NCBI RefSeq assembly: GCF_009914755.1
Contig: NC_060936.1
Length of the DNA: 64,000 nt
Reading direction: 5' to 3' (one strand)
From: the human T2T-CHM13v2.0 reference genome, Homo sapiens
The position numbers were made by a program, and so were the translations under genes. The notes below the pieces were generated by a model. It was not told the origin of the DNA. It ran no database searches and saw nothing but the letters and a program-made list of their open reading frames with translations. Below, piece after piece: positions 34,391 to 60,866 of this stretch; position 1 is the stretch's first letter, and each line of letters starts with the position of its first letter.

Positions 34391-34770
34391 TCCATTTCTG
34401 TCTATTTGCATAGGTGAAGTAGGTACCCAAATGGAGGCATTGTCCTGCGCCGTGTTGCAGCTGCCGCTGTTGACCTCTGGCCTGGGGCCAAGGCCGCCTG
34501 CCCCTTCTGGTGTAGGGAGCGAGGTCACCAGGTAGCCCCAGCCCTGCACGCAGGTTGGCGGCTGCAACGGAAACCTCGCAGCTTGGGACTCCCGCCCTTG
34601 CACATGGGACAGGGCAGCCGCTTGCCCGCTCTGCCTTTTCCGATGAGGCCGTGAAACCAGGGGGGGCGCCCGGGTCAGAGCTTCACGGGACACTGGCTCC
34701 CCAGCCGGGGAGTGCGGCTCGGACCCGGAGCTCCGCCCTCCTCCCATCACGGCATCTCTTGGCTTCGCAG

Positions 34771-34969
34771 AGAAAATCGAGCGAGTGCCCAAAGCAAAAC
34801 CTTGGAAGCCAGGAACACCCTCAGGCTGTGGAAAAAGGCCTATTTTGACACCCGGGCCAAGATAGAGGCTTCGGGGAGGGAAGATCGGTGGGAGTTTGAC
34901 CGGAAGCGGCTGTTCGAGAGGACGGATTATATGGCCACCATCTGCCAGGACCTCTCCGACGTTCTGCAG
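34771..34969 (+). CDS. DNAH10: DNAH10 exon 10
   Basis: cag|A GAA AAT..CTG CAG|gtaggg; ENRASAQSKTLEARNTLRLWKKAYF...RWEFDRKRLFERTDYM...DVLQ. Confidence 0.96.
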
Positions 34970-35608
34970 GTAGGGGCTGGGCGAAGGCCGGCGGAATTTG
35001 CCCCGAAGAAGGCAGTTGGCTTTTGACAGTGGCCCCCTCCGTGTCAGGTAGGAGCTGGGCGTCAGAAAGGGCCTGGCAGGGAGAAGCCCTTCAAAGAAAG
35101 AACCTACGGAATATACTAGAATGTACCAGAATGGACCAGAGTACACCAGAGCTTTGCGACTTTTTGTTGCTTTCTCTGACATTCTTCCCTCTCCCTGCTT
35201 TTTGGCTTTCCTTTGACCTCTTTGGCCACTCCTTCTCTGTGTCTTTTGCAAAGCTCCCTTCCTCTGCCTTCCCCTTAAGTATTGGAATCCCTCAAGAGGC
35301 CAGTCTGAGACCTCTCTTCACTCTCCCTCAGCCAGGCCCAGTCTTCCCAGAGCTCCACGGATGGACAAAGTGCCTAGTGGCTGATTGAATTAGCCACAGC
35401 ACTTGTCTCCTAAAGGTTCACCCACCCCTTCATTCTAAATGCATTCATGGAGAACTCACCGTGTGCCGGGTACTCAGATGTCTTAATGCTAGAGGAACCA
35501 TAGTGAGTACAAAGCAGGTCCGGCTGCGGTGTGGCAGTGCCCAGCCCGAGAGGGAGGTGATGCCCTGTGCTCAAAGACAGGAAAAAAAAATGCTGTAAAA
35601 AGAATTCA

Positions 35609-36610
<1,002 letters not shown>

Positions 36611-36894
36611 CTGAAGCACTTTCAACTGCAAGTGCAAAGGTCCTGAGGCAGAAAGGGACATGGCCTTGGAGGAGGGTGGGGGTGGCTGCAATGTGGGGAG
36701 GAACAGGCAGGTGCAGACCTGGATCTTATCCTATGTGCCTTGGGCATCGTACCGAAGGGCTTAGTCCGGGAGGAGGTTACTGTGTGACATGATTCTTGCC
36801 CCCAGGTCAGTCTCGATATGCTATCCATTTGTAGTTCTAATATTCACAGGAAAACCCAAATGTAATCTCCTCATTGTTCCGTTTGATTGGACAG

Positions 36895-37089
36895 GTTTTG
36901 GAGGAATTTTATAACATATTTGGTCCAGAACTAAAGGCAGTGACGGGGGACCCCAAGCGCATTGATGATGTCCTATGCAGAGTGGACGGCCTAGTCACCC
37001 CCATGGAAAACCTGACCTTTGACCCCTTCAGCATCAAGTCCTCCCAGTTCTGGAAATATGTGATGGATGAATTCAAGATTGAAGTTCTG
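36895..37089 (+). CDS. DNAH10: DNAH10 exon 11 (ends at a GC donor)
   Basis: cag|GTT TTG..GTT CTG|gcaagt; VLEEFYNIFGPELKAVTGD...FKIEVL; 195 bp. Confidence 0.92.
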
Positions 37090-37811
37090 GCAAGTGACAC
37101 GTCCATTGAGTCCATCTTGGGAGTCGACACCATGTTTTCTCTGTGTTAAATTTGTTGGGTTATTTAGTGATGCTTAGTCTTTTTTTTTTAAATCACAAGT
37201 AAAACCTGCTTATTAATTATAAAAAACAAAAACAATGCAGAAGTGCATAAGGTAAAAATGAACATTCCTCCATCTTCTTTGTCCTCACACCCATTCTCCA
37301 GGTGGGATAAGTTTAAGTTGAGCTAGACACAGTAGCATTTCTACAAAGTTTTGTCCAATATAAGTTCACCTATCTAGGAGTGAAGTTAAAAGTAAACCAG
37401 ATATGGCAAGAGAATCACAAAGCGCCCTGTGAGTTTTTGAGAATTGCGTTTTGTCAGAAGGCGGGGGCATGGAGAGCTGATTGGAAACAACCTTTGGGAT
37501 TGAGGAAGCTTTGGATGGGGGAAATGGGGACGAGGAAGGAGGCTGAGACAGCAGAGGGGGTTTCAGGTGGGAGGAACAGTGTGAATGAAGGTGACAGACA
37601 TGAGAAAAACAGGAATTGTCTGAGGCAGAGCAAACAGAGGGGTTTGGCATAACACATATGGGTAGTAGAGGGAAATCAAGCTAGAAAGGTGGGTTGGGTA
37701 AATAATTGGTGATGAACAAAGAGGACAGGAGTGAGGAAGGAGACTTACTTCAGTAGGCAAGAGGGCGCCATTGAAGGTGGTTGACCAAGGAATGATATAG
37801 CCAGAATTATA

Positions 37812-40588
<2,777 letters not shown>

Positions 40589-40892
40589 CTGCCTTCATTA
40601 CTTTCTTACTAAAAATTCCTGAACTATTTCCTCTGTTGTTGTGTCCTCTCCTGCATTTTTTGTTTATATGAGTTAATACTTTAAAAAATTCCTTTACCTT
40701 TGAACTGGTTGGGGAGAGAGATCAGGAAATCAACATAGCCAATCTCCCACTTTAAATTGGATACCAGTTTCCATTACTTATGCCATAGAAATCTGTCCCA
40801 AACCACTGATTTTTTTTTTCTTATTTCTTGCCACTTTATTTTGGCAGGATAATTACAGGGGCATGAGGGTTGTTTTGTTGATTTTTTTGCAG

Positions 40893-41063
40893 GTTATTGA
40901 GAAAGAAGCAAAACATTTTATTGATGAATCTTTTAAGACGCTTCGATCTGCTGAAGCAGCATTTGACATGCTTTTAAAATTTAAGCACATTCGTTCACGG
41001 GAGGCTGTTAATCGACAAATGATGATGAAATTTAATGATATTCTTGCACAGTACTGTAAAGAG
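40893..41063 (+). CDS. DNAH10: DNAH10 exon 12 (symmetric, 57 codons)
   Basis: cag|GTT ATT..AAA GAG|gtaatt; VIEKEAKHFIDESFKTLRSAEAAFDMLLKFKHIRSREAVNRQMMMKFNDILAQYCKE. Confidence 0.93.
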
Positions 41064-41515
41064 GTAATTGAAAAATCGATAGCTGCCATAGCATTAAAAA
41101 TACACTTGGCAAAATGTGAACAATTGAATCCCACTATTGTCTGTCTTTCCCATCTGAATTCAGAGAAACTAGAATTTTCCCAAATTAGCATGTTACGTAA
41201 TACACGTAACCTGAACAAAGTGGGTTTGTTTATTTAGTGGAGAAATTCAATAAGAATTAAGTATATTATGATTTACTCACATTGTGGTGGGCCCTGTGTG
41301 GGTTAGTAATAATCATGGTAGTAATAGTAATCATAGTTAACCATGTCCAAGGATCATATATGTATTTATAATTAACTCAGAACAATTTATCTGGTGCTCA
41401 CATATCTCAAGTATGGTGTTAGGCACAGAGATAGAGAGATGAACAAAACGTGGATTCTGCTTTTAAAGAAGTCAGTATCTAGTTGGAGAAATAGACCAAA
41501 AAATGCTTATAATCT

Positions 41516-42175
<660 letters not shown>

Positions 42176-42224
42176 TTAGGTGAGCATAAGGTAGTATAAA
42201 AAAAGGCCTAAGGTGGTCTCCTGA

Positions 42225-42713
42225 TGTCTTAGTTTCCCAATGCTGCTGGAACTAATGACCACAGATGCAGTGACTTAGAACAACACAGATTTATTCTCTT
42301 ATGGTACTGGAGGTCAGAAGTTTGCCACGGGTGTCCCTGGGTTTAAATCGAGGTGTGAGCAGGGCTGTGTTCCCTTCGGGAGTCTCTAGGGATGATTCAG
42401 TGCTTTGCTTTCCCCAAATTCTAGAAGTTCCTGGTTCCCTTTCATCTTCAAAGCCAGTGGTGGCCACTTTCACTTCAGATCACTCTGACCTCCTTTTCTG
42501 CCTCCTCCTTCCTGTTTTAGGACCCTTGTGATTACATAGAACCTCCCCAGAAAATTCAGGATAATTTATCTATTTTAAGATCAGCTGACTGACAACATTA
42601 ATTCCATCTGCAACCATAATTCCCCTTTGTCATGTAACATTACATATTTTCAGCTTCTGGGGATTAGGACGTGGACATCTTTGGGAGGCGAGGCCATCAT
42701 TGTGCCTGCCACA
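42225..42713 (-). mobile_element. MLT1-type LTR
   Basis: tgtcttagtttcc...tgcctgccaca termini. Confidence 0.72.
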
Positions 42714-42766
42714 CCTAATTACCCCAACGAGAGCTCAGACATGCTTCTTTTAAAAACACAGGTCTG

Positions 42767-42985
42767 GTGACTGTAGTCAATAACCTAATTATACATCTAA
42801 AAGTAACTAAAAGAGTATAATTGGATTGTTTTTATAACACAAAGGATAAGTGCTTGAGGGGATGGACACCCCATTCTCCATGATGTGGTTATTATGCATA
42901 GCATGTTTATATCAAAACGTGCCCTATAGCCCATGAATATGTATACTTTACCTGCAAAAACTAAAAACTAAAAATTAAAAAAAAA
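42767..42985 (+). mobile_element. L1MA-type 3' end with A-tail
   Basis: ctaaaagagtataattggattg...gaggggatgga.acccc motif. Confidence 0.72.
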
Positions 42986-43127
42986 CCAAAGGTCTGCCAC
43001 TGTGGTCATGTCTAGAACAGATTTCCGGATTTCTGATAATTGGATCAAGCCAATATACACAGTGTGCATGCTCTGTAATTGTAAGGCAATTTGGAGCATT
43101 GCATATGTTGAAGAAAAGATTACTACA

Positions 43128-43428
43128 GCCGGGCTCGGTGGCTCACGCCTGTCCTCGCAGCACTTTGGGACCCTGAGGTGGGCAGATCACCTGAGGTCAG
43201 GAGTTTGATACCTGCCTGGACAACATGGGGAAACACCATTTCTACCAAAAATACAAAAATTAGCTGGGCATAGTGGTGGGCGCCTGTAATCCCAGCTACT
43301 TGGGAGGCTGAGGCAAGAGAATCACTTGAGCCTGGGAGGCGGAGTTTTCAGTGAGCCGAGATCATGCCACTGCACTCCAGCCTGGGCAACAGCGCAAGAC
43401 TCTGCCTCAACAACAACAACAACAAAAA
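43128..43428 (+). mobile_element. Alu
   Basis: TSD aaaagattactaca. Confidence 0.88.
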
Positions 43429-43607
43429 GATTACTACAGAGCATAAGAAAAAGTAGTAAATAATAAGTAAACAGTGAAAACACTATTCTGCATCTTAGAA
43501 TATTTTTTGACATTCCACTTTTGGTTTCCTTAAAGATTCAAATCTCATCTTTCTTGGCTAACCTGGCGATGTTTATCACTTACAGAAGCTGTTTGATTGC
43601 TTTTCAG

Positions 43608-44804
<1,197 letters not shown>

Positions 44805-44806
44805 TA

Positions 44807-45135
44807 GCAGAGGCTGGTAAGCCATTTCTTTGAAGATCCCGATAGTAAATATTTTAGGGGTTTGGACAATTTCTCTGCAACGACTCAACCTGTCGTTGCT
44901 GCAATAAAGTATCCCCCAGATAATACGTTTTGAACAGGCGTGGCTGTGTCCAATAAAACTTTATTTATGGATGCTGAATTTGAATTTCATATCTTTTTCT
45001 TGAGTTACAAAGCATTATTATTCTTTTGATTTCTTTTTAATCATCTAAATCATTTCCTTCTCTTCATGTAAAAGCTGTTCTTAGTTCATGGGTAGAGACC
45101 AAGGCAGTTCATGGACTGTGGTTTGCAGAAGGCTG
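44807..45135. mobile_element. MER58-like hAT DNA transposon
   Basis: gatagtaaatattttagg...gtggctgtgt.ccaataaaactttatttat. Confidence 0.6.
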
Positions 45136-45164
45136 CCAGTCAACCTAGATTTCAAGTTATCAAC

Positions 45165-45558
45165 TATATTAGTCCATTTTGCTATAAAGAAACTGGGTAA
45201 TTTATAAGAAAAGAGGTTTAATTGGCTCACAGTTCTGCAGGCTGTACAGGTAGCATAGCCTTCCTGGGAGGTCCCAGGAAACTCCCAATCATGGTGGAAG
45301 GCAAAGTGGGGGCAGGTACCTCACACAGTGGGAGCAGGAGCAAGAGAGAGTGAAGGGGCAGGTGCTGCCCACTTTCACTTGAGCAGATCTCCCAAGAACT
45401 CACTCAGCATCACCAGGACAGTCCCAAGAGAGGTGGTGCAAACCATTCACGAGAATTCCGCCTTCGTGATCCAGTTGCCTCCCAGCAGGCCCCACCTCCA
45501 ACACTGGGGATTACAATGCAGTATGAGATTTGGGAGGACAGAGATCTGTGCTATATCA
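45165..45558 (-). mobile_element. MST-type MaLR LTR
   Basis: aagaggtttaattggctcacagttctgcagg...gagatttggg..gctatatca. Confidence 0.78.
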
Positions 45559-45756
45559 CCATCGCAGACCAACTCTCCAAGCTTTGGGAAAATCTATTGA
45601 CTTCCTTTTTCAAAATGTGTTTATATCTAATACTATTTTATATTATATTATTTAATATTATATAACTATATATTATTTATTATATTAACATTTTTATTTA
45701 TTATATTTATAATGTATGTATACAAAATTATGTAGAAAGATATGAAAAAATGTTTA

Positions 45757-46103
<347 letters not shown>

Positions 46104-46197
46104 TTATATTTATAATTTGTATAAATTATCTGTGTAGAGCGAGATGAAAAATGTTATTTTCAAGGACAAAATGACGGTTGCTTGAATTCTTTGATAG

Positions 46198-46323
46198 GTC
46201 AAACAAAAATATTTGGAAGTAGGTAGGACAATGAAGGAGTATGAAGACAGAAAGTATGAGCAGTGGATGGAGGTGACGGAGCAGGTGCTGCCAGCTCTCA
46301 TGAAGAAGAGCCTTTTGACCAAG
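46198..46323 (+). CDS. DNAH10: DNAH10 exon 14
   Basis: tag|GTC AAA..ACC AAG|gtgcgc; VKQKYLEVGRTMKEYEDRKYEQW...SLLTK. Confidence 0.95.
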
Positions 46324-47167
46324 GTGCGCTGCCCACGCCCTCATTCCCGATTGCCGCGTGAGACGATGGCGTCTGCCACATTTTCTCAAGGCTTGATTTG
46401 TTGACATTCATGAAGTTGGGTCAGTTTCCAGAATCAAAGACAAGGAAGGGCTAGGGGAGGAGGAGAAAGGAAAGAGTGGAGATGGCACGATGCCATGGCT
46501 AGGACGCGGGCTGGAAACGGGCAGCCCTACTGACTTCTTGGGCAAGTGGCTGAATACCAAGCCTCCGTTTCCCCATTTATGAAATGCGTTTTATAAATCA
46601 GATGATGTAGACAAGCAAAGGGTTGGTTGAATCATATATGAAACAGAGCTGACAGCTGGCCATCTTTAACCTGCAGAAAAATGCCATTCCACCTGATTCA
46701 TCCTCTTCTTCAGCTCTGGGCCCCGCACTTGGTGAATGCTCGATAAACGAACACCTGCCGTTAGGGAGGAAAGATGCAGCCTGGCAGTTTTAGGTCTTTG
46801 GTTCCTGAAATCCTGACGTAGGGACCAAAGCAAGTGGAGAGGGCCAGGTGGGACCCCTAGGGAACAGGTGGGCTCAGATCCGACCAAAGAGGCAACTGCT
46901 CCATGTCAGATTTTCCAGTGTTTCAAGGGAAGGCAGAAGGAATTTTTAGGTGAAATTGCTCCATTTTCAAATGCCGGCAACTGAATTGATTCTTCAAAAT
47001 CTCCGTTCACCAAACAAAATACATATTCCAGCCAGTTCCAGCCAGCACCCCCGTCTGGTGAAGGGCCCAGTGTTGATCTTTTTCATGTTCACTTTTGGTG
47101 TGGGTTGTGTTGATCCAACTGTCTCTTGGACTGCCCTGGCCGCGCTGATGGAATGTCTCTTCCACAG

Positions 47168-47340
47168 TCTTCCATCGCCACAGAGGAGCCTTCGACTTTA
47201 GAAAGGGGAGCTGTTTTTGCAATCAACTTTTCACCGGCTCTCAGAGAGATTATTAATGAAACAAAGTACTTAGAGCAGCTGGGGTTCACTGTCCCTGAAT
47301 TAGCAAGAAATGTTGCTCTCCAGGAAGACAAATTCCTTAG
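47168..47340 (+). CDS. DNAH10: DNAH10 exon 15
   Basis: SSIATEEP...FAINFSPALREIINETKYLEQLGFTVPELARNVALQEDKFL; cag|...AG|gtaaaa. Confidence 0.95.
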
Positions 47341-47490
47341 GTAAAAAAATTCTTCTTTTAAATTAGCAGTAAGCTTTTTGTTCTTGGGACCCCTTTACGC
47401 TCTTAAAAATTATTGAGGACCCCTCCAAAAGCTTTCATTTTTGTGGATTTTATAATTATGAATTCTTACCACATTAGAAATTGAAGCTAA

Positions 47491-48018
<528 letters not shown>

Positions 48019-48232
48019 TCATGTAATATAAATAACATCTTTAATGAGAAGTAACCAATATTTTCCAAAAAAGAAAGTTAATGAGAAGAGTGATGTTTTA
48101 AATTTCTGCAAATCTCTTGATCAAGGTTGGTCTTGATTGAGACCACGGTCTTTTGTAATCTCTTGACCGCAAAAGCTTTTGATGAGCTTAAAGGTGCTCT
48201 CCTCAGGTTTATGACATTCCTGTCATGTGCAG

Positions 48233-48384
48233 GTACACAGCTGGGATACAGCGCATGTTGGATCATTATCACATGCTCATAGGAACGTTAAACGATGCGG
48301 AGTCTGTGCTTCTCAAAGATCATTCCCAGGAACTGCTCCGAGTGTTTAGGTCGGGATATAAGAGGTTGAACTGGAACTCACTAG
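48233..48384 (+). CDS. DNAH10: DNAH10 exon 16
   Basis: RYTAGIQRMLDHY...GYKRLNWNSLG; cag|...G|gtaacg. Confidence 0.95.
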
Positions 48385-48649
48385 GTAACGTCATTCATCT
48401 ATTGATTGCCTTTTAGACTTGGGATGCAAAGTAATTCTTTTAGGTTGTTTTATTTGAATTACCATTTTCATATGTTTATAGAGACAATTAACAATTTTTG
48501 AGGGTTAAGAAATACAAGTTGCGGAACTTAGAACTGATCTCCAGGCTGTCGTTGGGATGAAGATAAGAGGGGTGATATTTTCACACTCTGCAGACCCAAA
48601 GCACATTTCTCCCAAAAGAAAATCACCTTTACTTTTATTTTTTTAATTA

Positions 48650-50200
<1,551 letters not shown>

Positions 50201-50612
50201 ACCGATCGTAAGTACTTAGCCCGAGTTTACTGTTCATGTTCTTGCTGTTCGTCTAAGCTCCAGGCCAGAGGAGGCTGCGGGCAGGTGGTGCAGAGTGGAG
50301 GTTCAGGGAGCTCCAGCAGTGAGAAGACAGCTAGGCTTGATAGTCCCTTTCTCCCCATGGTGCTCCAGCCAGGACCGTGCTAACATTTGAATAGAAGAGA
50401 TGCATTGCTTGGTTGATTCTGGGCTCAGGACTCCTTGTCCCAGTCCCTTAGGGTTCAAAGTGGATCTTTGCCAGCCCAAAGACCCAAGGGGTTGGAATGA
50501 GCAGGGTCTTTCCTGCAAAGGGATGCCAGTATTAACATCACAGACGTTGGTGGGGGGATGTGGAAAGACAGAGTTGGAAGCCAAATGTCTTTCTTTCTTT
50601 CTTTCTTCAAAG

Positions 50613-50777
50613 GTATCGGTGACTATATAACTGGTTGCAAACAGGCCATTGGGAAATTTGAGTCTCTCGTCCACCAGATTCATAAGAATGCAGATGACAT
50701 TTCTTCCAGGCTGACATTAATAGAGGCCATAAATCTCTTTAAATATCCAGCCGCTAAAAGTGAGGAAGAACTCCCAG
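50613..50777 (+). CDS. DNAH10: DNAH10 exon 17
   Basis: GIGDYITGCKQAIGKFESLVHQIHKN...EEELP; aag|...G|gtagat. Confidence 0.95.
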
Positions 50778-51195
50778 GTAGATCTGACTTCTGGGTTCTC
50801 CAGTTATGGAATTAATGAGAACATATATTGTATATACATACATGTGTATATATGTACCTATAAATATACATATGTATTTGTATGTTCCATGAATGGCATC
50901 AAACCATTTCTAATGCTCTCAGTCATTTACTTGAAAGAATCACGGGTAGCTATTACTTTTTGTCATGTTTTATATATTGCTTAGTTTAACAAATTCATGT
51001 TTATTTGTTTTTGTTTTGTTTTTTTCTGAGACGAGGGCTCACTATGTTGCCCAGGCTGGTCTTGGACTCCTGGCCTCAAGTGATCCTCCCACCTCATCTG
51101 CGAAAGCCTGTGGTACTTTGTTGATAACTTTGTAACAGTAAAGCTAGTTGTATTTTTTATGGGCTCACATTTACTTGCTAAAGAAAGATACTTTA

Positions 51196-51541
<346 letters not shown>

Positions 51542-51784
51542 TCAACAATGAATTGAAGAAAAACAAGATTGCCCAAAGGTATAAAAGCCACTAGATGTGC
51601 GTAACTGGTTGTCATTTATTTGTTGCTTAGTGTGTGTTCTGATATTGACTTATGTTCTGCTTTGGGCTGAGGTTGGAGGCTGGTTTTGGTTTTTTTAAGA
51701 CACACAGCTCATGTTTGGATTGCCTTTTGAGTGCTGTCCTTCCCTGTGTTCGTGGACAGCTCTAACAGACATCTTTCTCTCCAG

Positions 51785-51992
51785 GCGTGAAGGAATTTTT
51801 TGAACACATTGAGCGAGAAAGGGCCAGCGACGTGGACCACATGGTCCGGTGGTATCTTGCCATTGGACCACTGCTGACCAAAGTTGAGGGCCTGGTCGTC
51901 CACACCAACACAGGCAAGGCCCCCAAGCTGGCCTCCTACTACAAATACTGGGAAAAGAAAATTTATGAGGTCCTGACAAAGCTCATCCTGAA
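51785..51992 (+). CDS. DNAH10: DNAH10 exon 18
   Basis: GVKEFFEHIERER...YLAIGPLLTKVEGLV...YYKYWEKKIY...LIL; cag|...AA|gtaagt. Confidence 0.96.
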
Positions 51993-52656
51993 GTAAGTTC
52001 ATCTTGTTGCATGCTTTAAAATGGTGTGTGTAGATTAAAACAGTTGACAAATATGGACAGTTAGAGGGGGTGGCAAGGTAGAGAATGAAAATCAGTTGGA
52101 TGGTCAGAGGCTTTCTGGCAGAAGGGCACTCACAGAATGGGGGGATGACCTTCATGATCTTGTTAGGCCCCTCAACATTCCAAAAAAGAAAGGATCCCTC
52201 TCCCCACTTCAACTGTCTGAAAGCCATCGTGAGCCTGTGTTCAGCTGGCAGCAGAGAATCGCTGTCACTCAATATTGGCTAGAATCCCAGAGGACTTCCT
52301 TGTTCATGTTGAGAGTGACAGACGTGAAGGACACATGGCCTATTCCTTGCTGATTTCAAGTCAGCCCCTAGTTAGCGCGGTCTGTGCGTGTTGAATGCCT
52401 GTTTCATGTGCCAGCCTCTGACACGCCAGACTCTGTCCCTTCCCTCCTGGGCCTCACCCTCAGCAGCTCAGCCAGACCAGCTGGAAGCTGAGTGCCTGGA
52501 CCCCATCGCATTGGTGGCCCACAGACTGTTCTGGGGTGTGAGGCTGACAGTTTAGGATCATTCTAGGAAACCAGCCTGTGAAATCCATCACCGTTACCGT
52601 CACGTCTATATTGTCAAGAGTAGTGTTCATTTTATCATGCAGTGTCTTCCTTATGA

Positions 52657-54019
<1,363 letters not shown>

Positions 54020-54051
54020 CTGCTATGTTTTCTTTTGATCCATTTATTAAC

Positions 54052-54185
54052 TCATTCATTCATTTGTTCATCCATCCATCCATCATCCATCCATCCATCC
54101 ATCTGTTCATTCACTCATCCATCCACACATTCATCCCCACATCCATCCATCCATCCATCCATCCATCCATCCATCCATCCATCCA
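54052..54185. repeat. (CATC/CATT)n microsatellite
   Basis: Seen directly. Confidence 0.9.
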
Positions 54186-54326
54186 AGGTTGAGTAAAGCC
54201 TGCCCTGTGCTGCCTGTTGGATTAGACTCTGGTCACAGACAAGGCCCCTGTATCCTTGCAGTTTCTCTAACCTCATAGAGAAGGCAGGACACAGGGAAAC
54301 AGACATAAAAGAGATGAGTTCTGTAA

Positions 54327-55456
<1,130 letters not shown>

Positions 55457-55909
55457 TAGTGTCTCTGGCTGCCATGTGAATTACTGGATGGGGTTGGGCC
55501 GGCAGGGGGAAGCAGGGAGACTGGGCTGGAGGCTGATGAAGTTCCATCCCTGGGTGTCACATCTACTTTCATCCTGGAAAGGATGGAGCCAGTAGGGCAG
55601 GCTGGGTGGGGATGTGAGTGCTCCTTTTTCCTTACCAGAGTTGAGCAGGTTTTGGAAGTCATTATTGTTTAACTATTTTCCAACCAAAAGGTCTTCAGTT
55701 TTCCAAAAGTGGAAATGAACTGTTTGTATAAATTTAGTGCAAAAAAAGAGTATTTTAAGTAAGACTCACCCCAGCCTGTCTAGGACAGCCTCACAGTGTG
55801 CCATTGCCTGTACCTGTGATTTTTGTGGCCCTGGTCATTTCCATCAATTGCTTGGTGTATTTCACTCTAGTGAGATACACTCTGAGTCTTTCTCATCAAC
55901 CCCTCTTAG

Positions 55910-56066
55910 GAACTTGCAGTCTTTTAATTCTTTGATCCTTGGAAATGTCCCTCTGTTCCACACTGAAACCATTCTGACGGCACCTGAGATCATCCTTCAT
56001 CCCAACACAAATGAGATCGACAAGATGTGCTTCCATTGTGTCCGGAATTGCGTGGAGATCACCAAG
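55910..56066 (+). CDS. DNAH10: DNAH10 exon 19
   Basis: NLQSFNSLILGNVPLFHTETILTAPEIILHPN...VEITK; tag|...|gtgaga. Confidence 0.95.
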
Positions 56067-56477
56067 GTGAGAGCGGAGGTGCTTGTGTCCTTGCTCAGAC
56101 GGCATCTCAGGATGCCTCCGCCTCCCAAAGTGCTGGGACTATAGGCGTGAGCCACTGCCCAAGGTGGAATTCTTGACCTTCTGCCTTGTGACTCAGTCAT
56201 CCCCCAGTTTTCCCCACTTCAGGAAATGGCACCAACATCAAACCAACTGCTTGACCCAGAAACTCGTCCTTGTTTCTTCTTCTCTCACCCAGCCCTGCCC
56301 GGCTCACATCAGTAAGTCCTCCAAACATACTTCCCATCTGTCCTCTTCTCTCCTGTCCCCCCAGTACCTTCCTATCCCAAGTGGCCATCACCCCTCTCCT
56401 GGACTGTTGCAGTGACGTTCCATCAATCCATTCTCCACCACCGGTGGTCAGAATTACCTTAAACAAATACAAATCAG

Positions 56478-59049
<2,572 letters not shown>

Positions 59050-59093
59050 TAGTGTTAGTATTACTGTTATTAGTAATATTGGAAGCAGAAGTA

Positions 59094-59171
59094 TTAGGTC
59101 AGTGCAAAAGTAGCTGTGGTTTTTACCATTAAAAGTATTGGCAAAACTGCAACTACTTTTGCACCAACCTA
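59094..59171. mobile_element. MADE1 mariner-derived MITE
   Basis: ttagg..gtgcaaaagta...tacttttgcaccaaccta palindrome flanked by TA. Confidence 0.88.
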
Positions 59172-59282
59172 TAGTAGTTGTTATTCACATTTTACAGATG
59201 GTGAGCATATTGTTCAGAGAACTAATGTGTCACATACCTATGGTTTGCTGTTATGACTCACGCTTGATTAAAACAGAGCCTT

Positions 59283-60140
<858 letters not shown>

Positions 60141-60276
60141 TTGAATCTCAAATAATTTATTAATAATAAAGTGATTTTCCATTACTGGCAAGACTTATTA
60201 CTGAATACTAATATGTACGTTGGAGGCAAAATAGATACTAAAATACTGTCTTTTCTCCTAATTCTTACTTTGCCAG

Positions 60277-60753
60277 CATTTTGTTCGTTGGATGAATGGC
60301 AGCTGCATAGAATGCCCACCTCAGAAGGGGGAGGAAGAGGAAGTTGTTATAATAAACTTTTACAATGATATCTCTCTGAACCCTCAGATAATTGAACAAG
60401 CTGTTATGATCCCCCAAAATGTCCACAGGATTCTGATCAATCTTATGAAGTATCTACAAAAATGGAAGCGGTATCGACCTCTCTGGAAATTGGACAAAGC
60501 TATTGTGATGGAGAAATTTGCTGCCAAGAAACCTCCTTGTGTAGCATATGATGAAAAGTTGCAGTTCTATTCCAAGATAGCTTATGAGGTTATGCGCCAC
60601 CCTCTAATTAAGGATGAGCATTGCATCAGACTTCAGCTCAGGCATCTGGCAAACACAGTGCAGGAAAATGCCAAGTCCTGGGTGATTTCGCTTGGAAAAC
60701 TTCTCAATGAGTCAGCAAAAGAGGAGCTCTATAATCTCCATGAAGAGATGGAG
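60277..60753 (+). CDS. DNAH10: DNAH10 exon 20
   Basis: HFVRWMNGSCIECPPQK...WKRYRPLWKLDK...LHEEME; 477 bp; cag|...|gtactc. Confidence 0.96.
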
Positions 60754-60866
60754 GTACTCAATCGCTGTGTGTAATTGAAACTACTTTTCGTGTAAGTTGG
60801 GTCTTCATTTGCGCCATTACTGTTTTTTCTGTGTTTGCTTAGTGTTCTTTGTACTTTCTGTTATAG

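Noticed and set aside
34340-35251. 303-aa antisense ORF over exon 10
   Set aside because: Non-ATG start, GC-rich shadow of the coding exon and simple repeats, no recognisable domain
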